Below the pieces are notes generated by a model, which saw nothing but the letters and a program-made list of their open reading frames with translations, had not been told where the DNA came from and did not search any database. Both the position numbers and the translations under genes were made by a program. A stretch of DNA of 63,773 nucleotides, counting the filler, from Bigelowiella natans CCMP2755 (lineage: Eukaryota > Protista > Cercozoa): assembly GCA_000320545.1 (NCBI GenBank). It is 4 parts of 4 records of this genome, joined end to end, with 100 filler letters (N's around TTAATTAATTAA, not from the genome) between each part and the next. Parts side by side here need not be neighbours in the genome. Positions count along the whole stretch, not along the records: positions 1 to 28,093 come from ADNK01000983.1; 3 more parts are not named here. The stretch is one strand, 5' to 3'. Every line of letters starts with the position of its first letter. Within the stretch, counting starts at the first letter, position 1. Positions 14,601 through 26,889 of this stretch are shown here, piece after piece.

Positions 14601-16679
14601 GTGTGTGATATTGTAGAGCAGTAGAAGACTTTTGCAACGATTTGGATAAGGCAAGTACCAGAGAAGCTTTTAGATCGATATACTTCAAAGACGTATATAT
14701 GTTGAAGATGAAGATGGAGATGAAGAGGATGTTAGTAGTGATGATGATTCCCGTACTTCTGCTAGTACTACTTACTACTACTACCACTACTACTACTATC
14801 TACTACTACTACTACTACTACTACTTCGTTTATGAAAATTAAGATGATCTGCAACCTACCTCTGATTATTGGATTTTATCGTGATCATGATTTTTATCAC
14901 ATTCTAACACATAATATTTAATAGTAATTAATGATAATACTAAGTTTACAATAAGACGACTCTATTGCTTTGATTTTAGTGCTTTTTAAACATAATATGT
15001 TGAGAATGACAATTATTACTGCATAATTTTTAGAATGCAAGACGACTGGATATTATTATAAACAACGCCTGCCAAACCATTCGAAGACCAACAACTTACT
15101 ACAAGCATCTTATCGAACAAGAAAGGCGTTCTACTGTAGGAGTTAACCACAACAACAACAACAACAACAACAATTACAACACAAGGAAGAAGAAGAAGAA
15201 GGAGGAGAAGGAGAAGAAGGAGAACCAAAATGATGATGAGTAAGGGATAAAAATACATCACGATGAAATATTCCAACAAATGCTGTTAAGAATCAGCAAA
15301 TACACAAACACACACACACACACACACACACACTCATATGTATATATAAAGGTATAAAATATTGATATATGTGTTCGTATGATATGTGATATGTGATATC
15401 GGAAGACTTTGTTGAAAGCAAGCCAAAGGCGTCTACTACGATACAATGTCCTACTACAGCAGAAACGAACAAGAAAACAAGCAATTTTTCCAGTCACGGT
15501 ATATTATGTGAATAAAGAGAAGGATGAGGAGAAGAGAAAGAATAGAACGTTGTTCTTCTCCTTCTTCGTGTTTCCTCTGATGATTGATTGATTGTAGTAG
15601 TCTGCGGTAGCCATTCACTTGTTTTCTATGTTTGTTGTTTCCAAATGCATGTATGCATGTATGATTATTTTTACCTTGTATAATAACGTTGATACACGGT
15701 GGACGAGTAGGACGATTTGTTGACAGAATAAAGAGATGATGCTGATAGGATGACGACAGTATCTTCTTTGATGATGACAGATCATGGAAAATAATAAGAA
15801 GCTGACAGCAGCAGCAGCAGCAGCAGGAAGAGGAGGAAAACAGCAACAGCAACAGGAAGCTCCTCCTCCTCCTCCTCCTCCTCAGTCCTCGTCCTCCTCC
15901 TCCTCCTCCTCCTCCTCCTCCACCTCCTCCTCCTCCTCCTCAGGAACGCCGCCGTTAGCATACCTACTTCCTTCATACGAGATGGCACAGGTACTGCTAG
16001 TACTACTACACTATGACTGGTCCTGGTAGTAATACCAGTAGGCCAGTGATGATGATGATACTACGTTAGTATTACCATCATATCATTTAAAAGGGAGGAC
16101 TTCTGAATATTTGGGTTGATAGTAGAAGTAATAGTAGTAGTAGTAGTAATTATATAACAATTATAATAAATTATATCATCACAATTACATCAGCATCACA
16201 TCCAGCAGCTAATAATACAACATATATTATCATACTTGTATGCATACATAATAATATAGCCCACAATAATAAGCTGTTACTATTTCTTCATCTTTCTCTC
16301 CTCCCTCTTATTGATTAGATTCCTGTGGCAGAAGAAGATATCAAGTACCAGCAGCAGCAGCAGCAGCAGCTCAAGATGATCGCCTCTTCCTCCTTGTCTT
16401 CTCACGATGATGATAATGATGATGAAGAAGAAGAGTGTAGCAGTTTCTCTGCATCATCACTATTTCCAAAAGGAAAGCTAGATATCAATGACCAACAGGT
16501 AGAATTAGTAGGGGTAGTAGTAGGATGGGAGGAATGATACTGGCGCTGCTGGAATTTCAACAAACACCAATATTATGATCATGTGTGTGCATTTGCCACA
16601 TCATCCATATTTTTGTGTTAGTAACTTCTTTAAGTTTTTGTCTTGTCTTTGTTATTTTTTATTCTTAATTCAACCAATG

Positions 16680-16712
<33 letters not shown>

Positions 16713-17549
16713 GTTTCTTATAAGGTTGATCTCAGGAGGACAAACTCATGGTTGCTCAAGTTAGAACAAATTGAAACTGTGGAAGCTGCAGAGGTGTGCA
16801 TGAAGATGGGAGGGGGGGCAGGGAAAGGGGCAGGGATGGCAATAAAATGTGATGATAATTCTTCTTCTTCTTCTTCTTCTTCTTCTTCTTCTTCTTCTCA
16901 ATTTGCTGCAGCTGGTTACACGGCGTAGTTGAAACAATAAACAAACACCACCAGATAATCATAATATCATCTGTTTTCCTGCTGCATGCTACGACTGCTA
17001 CTACTGCTGCTACCAAAACTACTACGATCTTACATTGCTGGTTGTTGTGATTTGCATTGGATGTGTTAATTCGGTCTACTGAATGCATGCTGCTGCTTCC
17101 ATACCATACTACGGGTCTTTGATAGGTTTTATGTATAAATACACTCGCCCCCTTCATAATCAATTCAAAATTGAAGAGGCTGATGGCGCGGAGCCATGAA
17201 ATAGATGAAAGAAGCAAGAAGAGTAGCAGACAACATACAAACCCCAGTAGTAGTACAGGTGAGAGCTTACGAGCTTAAATGCTGAGTATTGTTATGTTTT
17301 TACTATTACGTGATGATGATATACTACTCTTTTGGTATTGGTTAGTATGGTATTAATAATGCTGGTGGCGATAACGATGATAGTAATGATAAAACAATGT
17401 CGTTAGTGATTTCATGATGATGATGATGATAATGATGATGATGATGATGATGCTTACAATACAATCTCAGTTGTTCCAAAATTTATCATAAACGTCAGCG
17501 CTATGGTAACACAAACACAGACACACGAATAAACACAAACACAGACATT

Positions 17550-17583
<34 letters not shown>

Positions 17584-18108
17584 GTACATCCCCTCCCCCT
17601 CCCCACACACACACATATATCATATTTAGTGTGTGCACTTTAAGAGAACTACTATTACGTATTCTGATGATGATTTTCTGATATGAATAACAACATATTT
17701 TGATTCGTGTTAGAACAACCTGCTCATACATCCTTAAATTGTTGTTTAAATCGTTATTTACCTATCACACTACTACCTTTGCGAAATGACGTTTGTCTTA
17801 ATTCTTGAAGCCATTATTATTTTCATATCCTTTTTTTGTTCACAAATAAATGATATAAGGAAGGGAAATTCTACAGGCATAAGACTGCTAATCATCCTCA
17901 CACAAATATGGCCAAGGTAAGTTACTTGCAATATTCGTTACGCACATGATAAGGATGATGAAGATAATCTTGATGCTGATGAAAAATATAAATAATTTAG
18001 AATGTGAATAAATAAATATGTATATTTATAATTGATGGATGGACAGAATTTCATCACATAATGATCAAATCACATTGTGGAAGTATTGATTATTATGATC
18101 GGGCATCT

Positions 18109-18150
<42 letters not shown>

Positions 18151-18521
18151 GTATCCACAGCTGCTCTTTCGATTACTATCACATATATAGTGATGAAGGT
18201 CTACTAAATGATGCAAACATCTTGCTACTCCTCTATTATTATTAGGCCGCACTGAATATGATGACAAGAACTGCAGCTTCAGGTTTGATGACGACGGGCT
18301 GCTTTTGTGTGATGATATAGTGACAGAGAGATAATGATGTACTTCATATTTCTATTATGCATAAAGCTATTCATAAATTTCAACACATAGCAATAGTAAT
18401 ATTTGTAAGAAATGATGCTGTGAAATATTATTATTACTGCAGATGATATCTGAAGAAGTGTAGTACGATACACTAGATAGAAATCAAATACCTGTGTGTC
18501 TGTCTGTGTGTGAGTGTGTAT

Positions 18522-18562
<41 letters not shown>

Positions 18563-19355
18563 TATGTGATTGTATGCTTTCTAAATATTTTGTGTTAAAA
18601 AAGGCTATGCGGAAGATTTCATATTTATGAACTCCGTCGATACAGGGTGGATTAATGATGAAAACCCGTTGGAGGTAAATCATCATCAATAACAATAACA
18701 ACGACGGCGACATATAATTTACACAGTATTATTAAGGGTAAACGATAACAATGATAAAAGATTGTAGATCAATGCGGATAAAAGTGATTGACCGTAAATG
18801 AAATCATAACTTACCACCTATCTGTACCAAACATTTCTTTCATTTTTATTTGGTTCCTTCCATGGCAAACAAAAGTAATAATATCAACTATTCATAACAT
18901 CCGGTCCTTTATGATATTTCCTGAAAATTTTACAGAAAGCCAAAAAAATTGCAGAGAAGCAGAACTTTCAGGTGTGGCAGATACATCAACCTTTATATAT
19001 TGGATTATGCTTGTAAATAATATTTTTTTTTATTATCATATTATTGCGTCATTTCTATGATACGTATTGTCAAATTTTGTTATATTCTATTCTGTATCTG
19101 TATCATTATCATCATCATCATCATCGTGGTCCTTTGTTATGCTTAGACACCAATAGATGAAGTAGATGCAGCTGCTCGCATCCTTGACCCAATAATGATT
19201 GCAAGTAAGTCGTGTTATTGAAATCATCGCTCTTTTCCTCAATATGCAACCATTCTTCTTGCCAGTTCTCAGAAATTGTGCTCATATTCACAGTCAATAA
19301 AAGAATCTACATTTATGGGAAATTTTTGAAGGATTATAAACCTACCGAGTGGTAA
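7415..19355 (+). CDS. Short-chain dehydrogenase/reductase with N-terminal CxxC..CxxC zinc ribbon, about 20 small exons; start uncertain
   Basis: Spliced reading: DLATCIK|VLESISEDPD (8460-8820); RSCYL|CKRRFRRLHNFYDQFCPECAALNWQ|KRLQTSNLSGRVALVTG|ARVKIGYRTALKLLR|CGCFVIATTR|FPQDAARRY (12570-14260); RLDIIINNACQTIRRP (15040); FPKGKLDINDQQ|VDLRRTNSW (16460-16750); INVSAM|EGKFYRHKTANHPHTNMAK (17490-17917); GWINDENP (18648); PIDEVDAAARILDPI (19150); YGKFLKDYKPTEW* (stop 19353-19355). Confidence 0.88.
9901..10297. repeat. Intronic minisatellite, about 10 x 40 bp
   Basis: Unit gttgatttgttgcatt(g/a)ttacgtattta(ta/tg)tcttactact repeats at 40-bp spacing from 9901. Confidence 0.95.
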
Positions 19356-20392
19356 GAAATACGACGTGTTTTATTAAGCCGGGCCTTGCTAATTCTCCGA
19401 TTGTTCTCGCAAATGAAAATTTTTTTACTATAAAACTGTATGCTGATAGACACATTGCATGTTTATAACATGCACCTTGCTTCCAGTATCTTGATGATGC
19501 TGCAGGAGCTACACGCAGATGGATTAGACAACCAAAACTATAGACACAGTATATATAATATATATAATATAATATATATGATATATACGTATGTCTATTG
19601 TCAAAAGTTAAATACTTGGCGGTGAAAATATCATTGCTGCACCGAATCTTTCAGCTTACAATAGAAACTATGCTGATGCTGTGAATATTATATGCCTACA
19701 TGTCACACAGATGCGCGCATGTGTGTGATTTGTGAGTAATGCAAATGTGAGATCGGCCATACAATGCATATACGAAATGTGTGCGTGATACTATAAAGAT
19801 ACATGCAGCACATATGAGACGGATGTAATGATGTCATTGAATCTTTTAAATATTGTCAACCTAGCCAGTGTACGTAGCTACGCAAAGCAGCGGCTATAGC
19901 GCTTAGGTTGTATCTATTTGTCTCTGCTGATATGTGTTCTATGCATGTGCAGTGTACGTACGCGCAGCACGACGCACGCGACACACATGCGCATGGCATT
20001 TCTATCTAATGCATGATCGAAAGACATTGTATAGTAGGTGAATGAACGCAAGTATTAATTGAGCGCTGTAGCCGCAGCATCACATATAGCTACATCAGGA
20101 TGACTGCGTGGAAAATTCAATTGATTCCACAATAACCCGTGCAAACCCGGTAATGACATCCTGTATTATTCACACTTATTCTGTACGATATCTAGAGTCG
20201 AGCCCGACAACATGTACGGCAAACACATACATGCATTCGCGTGCATTGAACGCGGCGACACGTGCGAGTGATATCCCATACGCAAAGAGCTTATTATAGG
20301 GTTAACTGCGATCGTTCGATTCTTTTGTGCATTCGCTTTGCGGGGCGAACATGTATACATGCAATTGACAATCCGCGATAAAATGAATGCAT

Positions 20393-22396
20393 CTAGACAT
20401 GTGTTGCATCAGCTTCTGGATCGTTTGTTTGAAAAGAAGGAGCGTCTTGATTATTACTGGATTCACCAGCCAGTTGAGCTAAATCCCGGATATTTGATAT
20501 TTGATCTGCTGAAATGCTTTCCACAGCGTTGTGGTAAGATACTATATTTTCCCATTTCATCTGGTCACGCACCTTTTTCCACCTAAGAAATGAGCGCCGT
20601 GTTCTTGCAACCCTGTCCATATTCGGAGTAACGACGTCGCCACTTGTTTTGGGAGGATGGTCCTTGATGTATTGTCGTACCGTGATGTTTTGGCTAACTG
20701 CAGCAGCTTGGAGAGCAGCACCAAGGGCTGCAGATTCTGCTTCTTCCAGCGAAGAAACCGGAGAATTGAACAAGTCCGCAAATATTTGCCTCCAGAGAGG
20801 GTTCCTTGATCCGCCCCCCACAAGATTTATACCATTGGCCTCATTACAACCATCATTGCTCGGAGGAGTGCCTACCATTTCTAAGTATCCTTCAAAGATA
20901 GCAAAGGTAACACCCTCAAGTGCTGCTCGATATAGTAATCCGGGTCTTTTCAACATACCAGGACGAATGCCATACAGCACACCGCTAGAAAGGGGCTCAT
21001 TTGGTGTCCTTTCTCCGTTAAGGTAGGGGATGAAAACGATGCCTTCACATCCAATCTCTTCATTTTGAGCTAATTCAGTTATCTCATCTCTGGACATACT
21101 ACCCCCCCCAAATGTCTTCCTAATCTCCTCGGGAACGGTTGCACAATTTTGTGTGCAAACAAGGGGTAAATTGGACCCAAGAGCGTCACAGAAACTGGAT
21201 ATCAGTTCGGAATGCACTGACTTCTCTGACGAACAGAAAATCGTTCCTGAGGTGCCCAAAGATGCTACATACCTCCCACTTTCAACTGCACCAGCTCCAA
21301 GGGCAGCCATCATATTATCACCAGATCCTGCAGCAACAATGACGTCTAGAGGTAGGCCTAGGCTAGTTGCAACCTCTGGTTTCAGATTTCCTACTTTCTG
21401 GTTCGGATCTTGAAGACTTTCTGGAAAATATTTTTCGAACCCAAGCTCCGCCATGAGTTTGGCATCCCATTTTTTGTTGTCAACGTCCAAGAGTCCAGTG
21501 CCACTGGCATCTCCAGCTTCCATAACAAACTTGCCCGTCAGATAAAAGTTCAAGTAGTCATGTGGAAGCATACATTTTGAAAGCCTATTGAAGTTCCCAG
21601 GTTCATGCTTCTTCATCCATAGCATTTTCGAACTCGTAAAAGCAGGGAATATAACTCGTCTAGGTGAAGTCATAGCTTCGATTTCTTCTGCTTCTTTTGA
21701 GGATGTAGTATCACACCAGAGCTTGCATGGTCGAATGACATGACCACCATCATCCACAGGAACGAACCCGTGCTGTTGTCCAGACACTGAAATAGCTTTC
21801 ACCTTATCGGAATCTAATCCATCTAAGGCATCTTTTACGGCCTCTTCTAATGCCCTTATCCAAGTTCCTACATCTTGCTCCGCACATCTAGGATCTTCGT
21901 TCGGTAGTATATCGTATGCGCGTGATCCTCGCCCAACCACTTTTTGAGTTTCCGTATCCAATACAACTACTTTCGTACTTTGCGTCCCGCAATCAATACC
22001 AATGGTAAGATGAGACGATAACTTGAAATCAGAAGAAGAAGAACGAGAAGAGGACGAAGAGATACTGCGAGGAGTAGCTCTGTAGGTGCTGATCCGTTGA
22101 GGTCGATCTAGACGTCGTCGAAACCCACGATTGCAATTAGCAACATCTGCACAAATTGCAACTTTGTAGGGAGAATTTCTTCCAAGGAATGAATTTGTAG
22201 TAGCTGTTGTTACTGTGCCTATCCCTATTGTTTTTGTTTTTAACTCTCGGGGTACGAGGTTGTCGGGCATCAGATTTATCAGAAAAATCACTGTGCAGAC
22301 AATGATAATTAACGCGCTGTTCCTGCAAATGGTCCTGATCATTTTGTGGTATATCCAATCGCCATTTCTCTCTTTTATGAAAGCTCCACCCTCCAT
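20393..22396 (-). CDS. xylB: Xylulokinase (FGGY kinase, bacterial XylB type), intronless, with ~125-aa N-terminal leader
   Basis: 667-aa ORF with IGIDCGTQSTKVVVLD, ISVSGQQHG, KLWCDT, GSGDNMMAALGAG, SLGTSGT, PYLNGERTP and VGGGSRNPLWRQIFAD. Confidence 0.93.
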   Translation of the reverse strand: MEGGAFIKERNGDWIYHKMIRTICRNSALIIIVCTVIFLINLMPDNLVPRELKTKTIGIGTVTTATTNSFLGRNSPYKVAICADVANCNRGFRRRLDRPQRISTYRATPRSISSSSSRSSSSDFKLSSHLTIGIDCGTQSTKVVVLDTETQKVVGRGSRAYDILPNEDPRCAEQDVGTWIRALEEAVKDALDGLDSDKVKAISVSGQQHGFVPVDDGGHVIRPCKLWCDTTSSKEAEEIEAMTSPRRVIFPAFTSSKMLWMKKHEPGNFNRLSKCMLPHDYLNFYLTGKFVMEAGDASGTGLLDVDNKKWDAKLMAELGFEKYFPESLQDPNQKVGNLKPEVATSLGLPLDVIVAAGSGDNMMAALGAGAVESGRYVASLGTSGTIFCSSEKSVHSELISSFCDALGSNLPLVCTQNCATVPEEIRKTFGGGSMSRDEITELAQNEEIGCEGIVFIPYLNGERTPNEPLSSGVLYGIRPGMLKRPGLLYRAALEGVTFAIFEGYLEMVGTPPSNDGCNEANGINLVGGGSRNPLWRQIFADLFNSPVSSLEEAESAALGAALQAAAVSQNITVRQYIKDHPPKTSGDVVTPNMDRVARTRRSFLRWKKVRDQMKWENIVSYHNAVESISADQISNIRDLAQLAGESSNNQDAPSFQTNDPEADATHV

Positions 22397-22880
22397 TATC
22401 CCGTTAATAAAAGCAATTTATACTAGAGAAAGGCGTGGAGACCACTGTGATCCATGCGTTTAGAGGACCTAGCTAGAAATGTCTGACAAATCAAAAGAAA
22501 ATATCTAGATATACTCACAAAATGAAGGTGGTTAATGATATGAGACAAGGCAGTTTCGCGGTGGTATTCCTAGATTAAAAAAAAAGCGGAGTATTTACAT
22601 TTTGGATCTACGACATCGTTCTACGTTGTCTTTGCATTGGAATGTAGGAGAAAACGATAAGAAATGGTGGAATAAATAATTCACAACATGCTCGTACAAG
22701 CTCTATGTGACAAGTGATGAGCACGAAGAAGGAGCGGTGTTCGTTGTCTTTTCATCTGTTAGGATAAGGAGGAGGAGGAGGAGTAGAAGGAGGTGGAGGA
22801 AGAAAATCTACTCCCGAAAATCATAATTCTATCGAAGAAGGAGAAGGAGGCAGGATAGATACTTAAAACCAGCCCCCAAG

Positions 22881-24471
22881 TTGAGGGTGCAAAGAAAAGG
22901 TTGCATCGAAGAGCGAACGAGGGATTTCAAAGAAATGAAAAGTCAACAGAAAAACGATTCATTCGAAGACTACGAAGTCGAAAGGTTTCATGTTTCAAGA
23001 ACAATTATTACCCTAATAATATCTGTGTCACTTGTCGATGGTCGTACGAGCATTTTGTATTGCTTAGAATAATACTTTCGCGCTATAACGTGGACGGTGA
23101 ACTGCAATACCTGATCAAGTGGAAGGGCTACAAAGGAGAAGACAACACTTGGGAGCCAAGCAGCAACATATCGCCAGAGCTTATTGAGGCTTTCAACAAG
23201 GTAGTTAGCTACTAGAATGTACATCTTCTACAGTCTTTCCTCCACAACAAGCTTGTAGATATCGGTAAGAAGAATAAAAGCCAACCCAACAATATAATTC
23301 AGAAAGCGAAAAATGGAGACATGAGCTCCAGTTCAGATCCTGGCTACGCCTTAGCCAGCCCAAGTGCTTCGAAAAGGAATAGGATAATTACCAGGAGTGG
23401 TATCGCATCTGCTAATGCTTCGACTACTACCGTGGCCATCAGGGGCGGCATCAATAATACAGTGAAGGAAATCAATCTTCCACAGCAGAGACAGGCGGAC
23501 CATTACCAGCAAGAAACGCAAAATAGAGTGAATACTATGACACAAGAGATCCATTCCTCCACCTCAGATGCCAACGCCACATCTGCCATAAGTGGGAAGG
23601 ACAGCTTCGGTAATATTAGTAGTATTCCTCCACCGCCTACTCCTGAATCAGGAGAAGAGGTTCAAAACCTGCGAGTTCTACTTGAAATGGCAGGATCGCA
23701 CTTCGCTGGACTAGGGCATGTGATCAAGACCCTCGCAACAATTAGCAGCAGCAGCAGCAGCAGATCTGTCGATTGTGCTGGGAATATAGTAAGTACAGAG
23801 CATTTGTAATAGCACCACCACCATTGTCAGTAGTGATAGCAATGGTAGCACGACACACATCAACAAAGAACACATTCTATTTAATATAATGAGACGAAAA
23901 CAATCAATAAATTTGATGATGATCGAAACTATTCGAATAAGATTAATAATGATTATAATAAGGGGCACTTTGAGAAAGTTATACCCAAACGGAATGACAG
24001 CAGAGGCAGCATAGTATTCCTTGATTTTAAAAGATTTTTTTGGAACATTTCACCATATACCTCTTCGTTGCTGTTTCTTCTTTGTACAATTACCAGCCTG
24101 GAGTAATAGACTCAGTGATTGTTGCTACTCTTCTTGTTCGTATCATTTGCAGCAATTAGCCAATGATCTATCGAGATTGCGTCAGGAGAATAGTGAACTA
24201 CAAGCGCGTGTTGATAAGTGCACTCGGGATTCTGAACAGGTTACTATAATATATTGCCAACGCTCCTACCGATTGATGAAGCCAGCATACTCGACGATCA
24301 CATAACTCTTTCAACTACATCTTGTATCTTAGAGAAATCTTGTGCGCGATCGCCATGGTTTTATTCTGCGCAAAGAGAGAGTTAACAAGCTGAATGGGAT
24401 GCAGAGCACGCTGACAAAACGACTTGAAGAAATAAAACAGTCCGTAAATACATACAATATTAATTATATAA

Positions 24472-24510
<39 letters not shown>

Positions 24511-25184
24511 CTAGCAAATCCACCAATGAATATACGAATGGCGGTGACGTACAGAAAAACTTTTTGCAATCTTAAACTATAAAACATTTACTCTTGTCAT
24601 GAATTATGTTTGAAATGAAAGGTTCGAGGCAAAAGTATATGCTTTGCTTCACGTAGCTACTAATAGGTTTCGAAGCGGTGAAGAGAAATTGAGGTACGTA
24701 TACGTACAACTTGTTCATGATTTGGATTTGCCAATCTTTCACTTGCTTGCATTATACTGTGTGTGTCCTCTATCGCTTTCGCCATGCATTTGCACATTTT
24801 TAGCTCCATAAATTAACAACATTCAATTCACGATAAATCGAAAAGAAAATCATGAAACCAGTTGTAGAAGTGACAGCATTCGCCGAGACTGAAAGAAAAG
24901 ATAGAACAAAAAGAAAAATGAATTCATTTAATATTGAAATCGAAAGAGAGCGGAACAATAATAGGTGTCTCATCATCTCTATCATCATGTTCTTCGTTGG
25001 TTTTCCCGTTCAACATTGTGCCGAGCCTAGGACACAGTTAAAGCGCCTTAAAGATGCTCATAGACAAAAGGAAAGAGAATTGAAGGTGACGAGGGTTGAA
25101 ATGGAGAAAGCTAAGGTGATAACGAAGGTGTTCAAGTCGCTCATGGTTGATGAAAACAACCAGCTCCGGACTGAGGTATTGTAG
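22881..25184 (+). CDS. Chromodomain protein with low-complexity middle and C-terminal coiled coil; both ends approximate
   Basis: DYEVER|ILSRYNVDGELQYLIKWKGYKGEDNTWEPSSNISPELIEAF (22968-23200) keeps the aromatic cage. Downstream exons LSRLRQENSELQARV and LKRLKDAHRQKERELKV are coiled-coil-like. Confidence 0.8.
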
Positions 25185-26291
25185 TATTTGAAAGTTAGTT
25201 AATTGTTGCATTTGTTACTAATAATACACATCCTCATTTTTGCGAATTTAAAAATCATACGAAGAAAGATCTAATGGTTAGTGTTCTACACGCATCGCCT
25301 AGATGTAGCAGGGCATGAATTATCGTTCTGCTGGTTCCGATATTGCTTGATGTAGATTCCTGAGAAGCTTTATAAAAAAACTATGATGATACCGTACGAG
25401 TCTTATAAGAATAGGTCTCCACTAGGATCTCCCCACTAAAATAATTTCTCGAAACAATAACATAGATATCGGAGTTAAAGAAGAAGATTGCCAGGATAAA
25501 TCATCAAGGTCACTAATTAATTATTAAGATACTTTGATAAACACGAGAAAGCAAAAATTTAACAAGTTTGCGTTTATAAATAGGAAAATGCGAGAGAGGT
25601 CAAGATGATAGCTTTGCTACTGTCTCCGGTACTTCATCTAAAAATCACACTGAGAAGCGAGAGAGAGATTCAGTTCAAGGTGTCATTCAGCCACCTCTGA
25701 AAAAAAGGCCGAATTGACCATTTTTGGCAACTTCACAGTTCGACATGTGCAAGTGTATAAATATCATGCATCATTGGACTGATGGCCTTCCTTGTCAACA
25801 TACTTGTACACGGATTTAAATCAAAGCTTTTACGGAAGTATTAGCTAGCACATGTACCCAACTAGCCAATGCATGCGCACGTACACATCAAGCTTCAGCC
25901 TAGAATGCTGAAAGAAAAAAGACGCAAAGCTTGCAAGATGTGGATCAGCATTAGATTTCGATCAATCGGGCTGGACTGCATCGCATGCTGCACAACGGGA
26001 TGCATGTAGCGATCAAATGACCGCGGAACCGCATGCCTGCTGAACTGCTCGCTGTCGCTGCGAGCGCATCATCTGCCCGCACAGCCGCTGCGCATGCATG
26101 TAGCTGGACACAACTAGACAATGCAGCTTTGCCAAGCTGAATCAGGATGACAATTGAAAAAATTCAACGCATTCATTGCATCGATCCGTCTCATGCTAGC
26201 ATGCATGATGGAGAATCGAATGGCGAATGATGCTTTGTGTGCGCAATCGATGAAACACTGACCTCATGCATGCAAATGGCACACAAGGCAA

Positions 26292-26706
26292 TGTCAGCGG
26301 TCTGGCCGCGCCACCCACGATCAAGGAGCTGTCGCAGCATGCGCACGTCCACTCGTGCTGCACGCTGCGCTGCGCACATGCGCATGGAAGTTCTCAGAAC
26401 TTCGGGAATCTTCGAGAAGCTTCGAGAATCTTCCAGAAGCTTCGAGAACATTCCGGAAGATTCGAGAATCTTCCAGAATCTTCGAGAGCATTCCGGAAGC
26501 TTCGAGAATCTTCCAGAGAATTCGAGAGAATTCTGGAAGATTCGAGAATCTTCGCGAATGCGCCGGAACCCAATGCGCACATGCATGCAGCGCAAGTCAC
26601 AAGTCATCAAAGAATTCAAACGCACACAGGACCGCGTGTTGACACTCAGTGACATCAGCACAGTCCCGCGCACAAAAGCTAAGCAGCTACCGCAAGCCCG
26701 CTAAAA
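26292..26706 (+). repeat. 5' LTR (~415 bp)
   Basis: Begins TGTCAGCGG and ends CCGCTAAAA, an imperfect inverted repeat (implied consensus TGTTAGCGG...CCGCTAACA). The PBS follows immediately. Confidence 0.75.
26391..26560. promoter_or_regulatory. Heat-shock-element (nTTCnnGAAn) array inside the LTR
   Basis: 17 consecutive 10-bp units all start with TTC. Thirteen are perfect TTCnnGAA, three are TTCnnGAG, and the first is degenerate. Confidence 0.8.
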
Positions 26707-26717
26707 GGTTATGAGCC
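26707..26717 (+). other. Primer-binding site GGTTATGAGCC (internal tRNA-iMet fragment type)
   Basis: GGTTATG(A/G)GCC directly after the LTR is the PBS of copia elements primed by a half initiator-Met tRNA. Confidence 0.85.
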
Positions 26718-26889
26718 TCAAGAGGACTTGCTAGAGAACCAACTCAGAAAAGAACCAAGCAACCCCCCACCCCCCTTCAGCTACATCCTTCCAGAAGAAG
26801 GAACTGAAAGCGACAACAGCATTCCCTCAGCCAATCTTCGGTCAAGCCTCCAAAGCACTGAAAAACAAAGAAAATAGGAACGAAACAAC

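Noticed and set aside
22968-23200. Chromodomain as part of the neighbouring retrotransposon
   Set aside because: It is intron-split, lies 3 kb upstream of the 5' LTR, and copia elements do not carry chromodomains. It is a host gene.
26391-26560. CRISPR-like or coding repeat (ORFs 26191-26704 in several frames)
   Set aside because: The units are contiguous 10-mers with no spacers. The ORFs are open only because the region lacks TA, and so lacks TAA/TAG stops.
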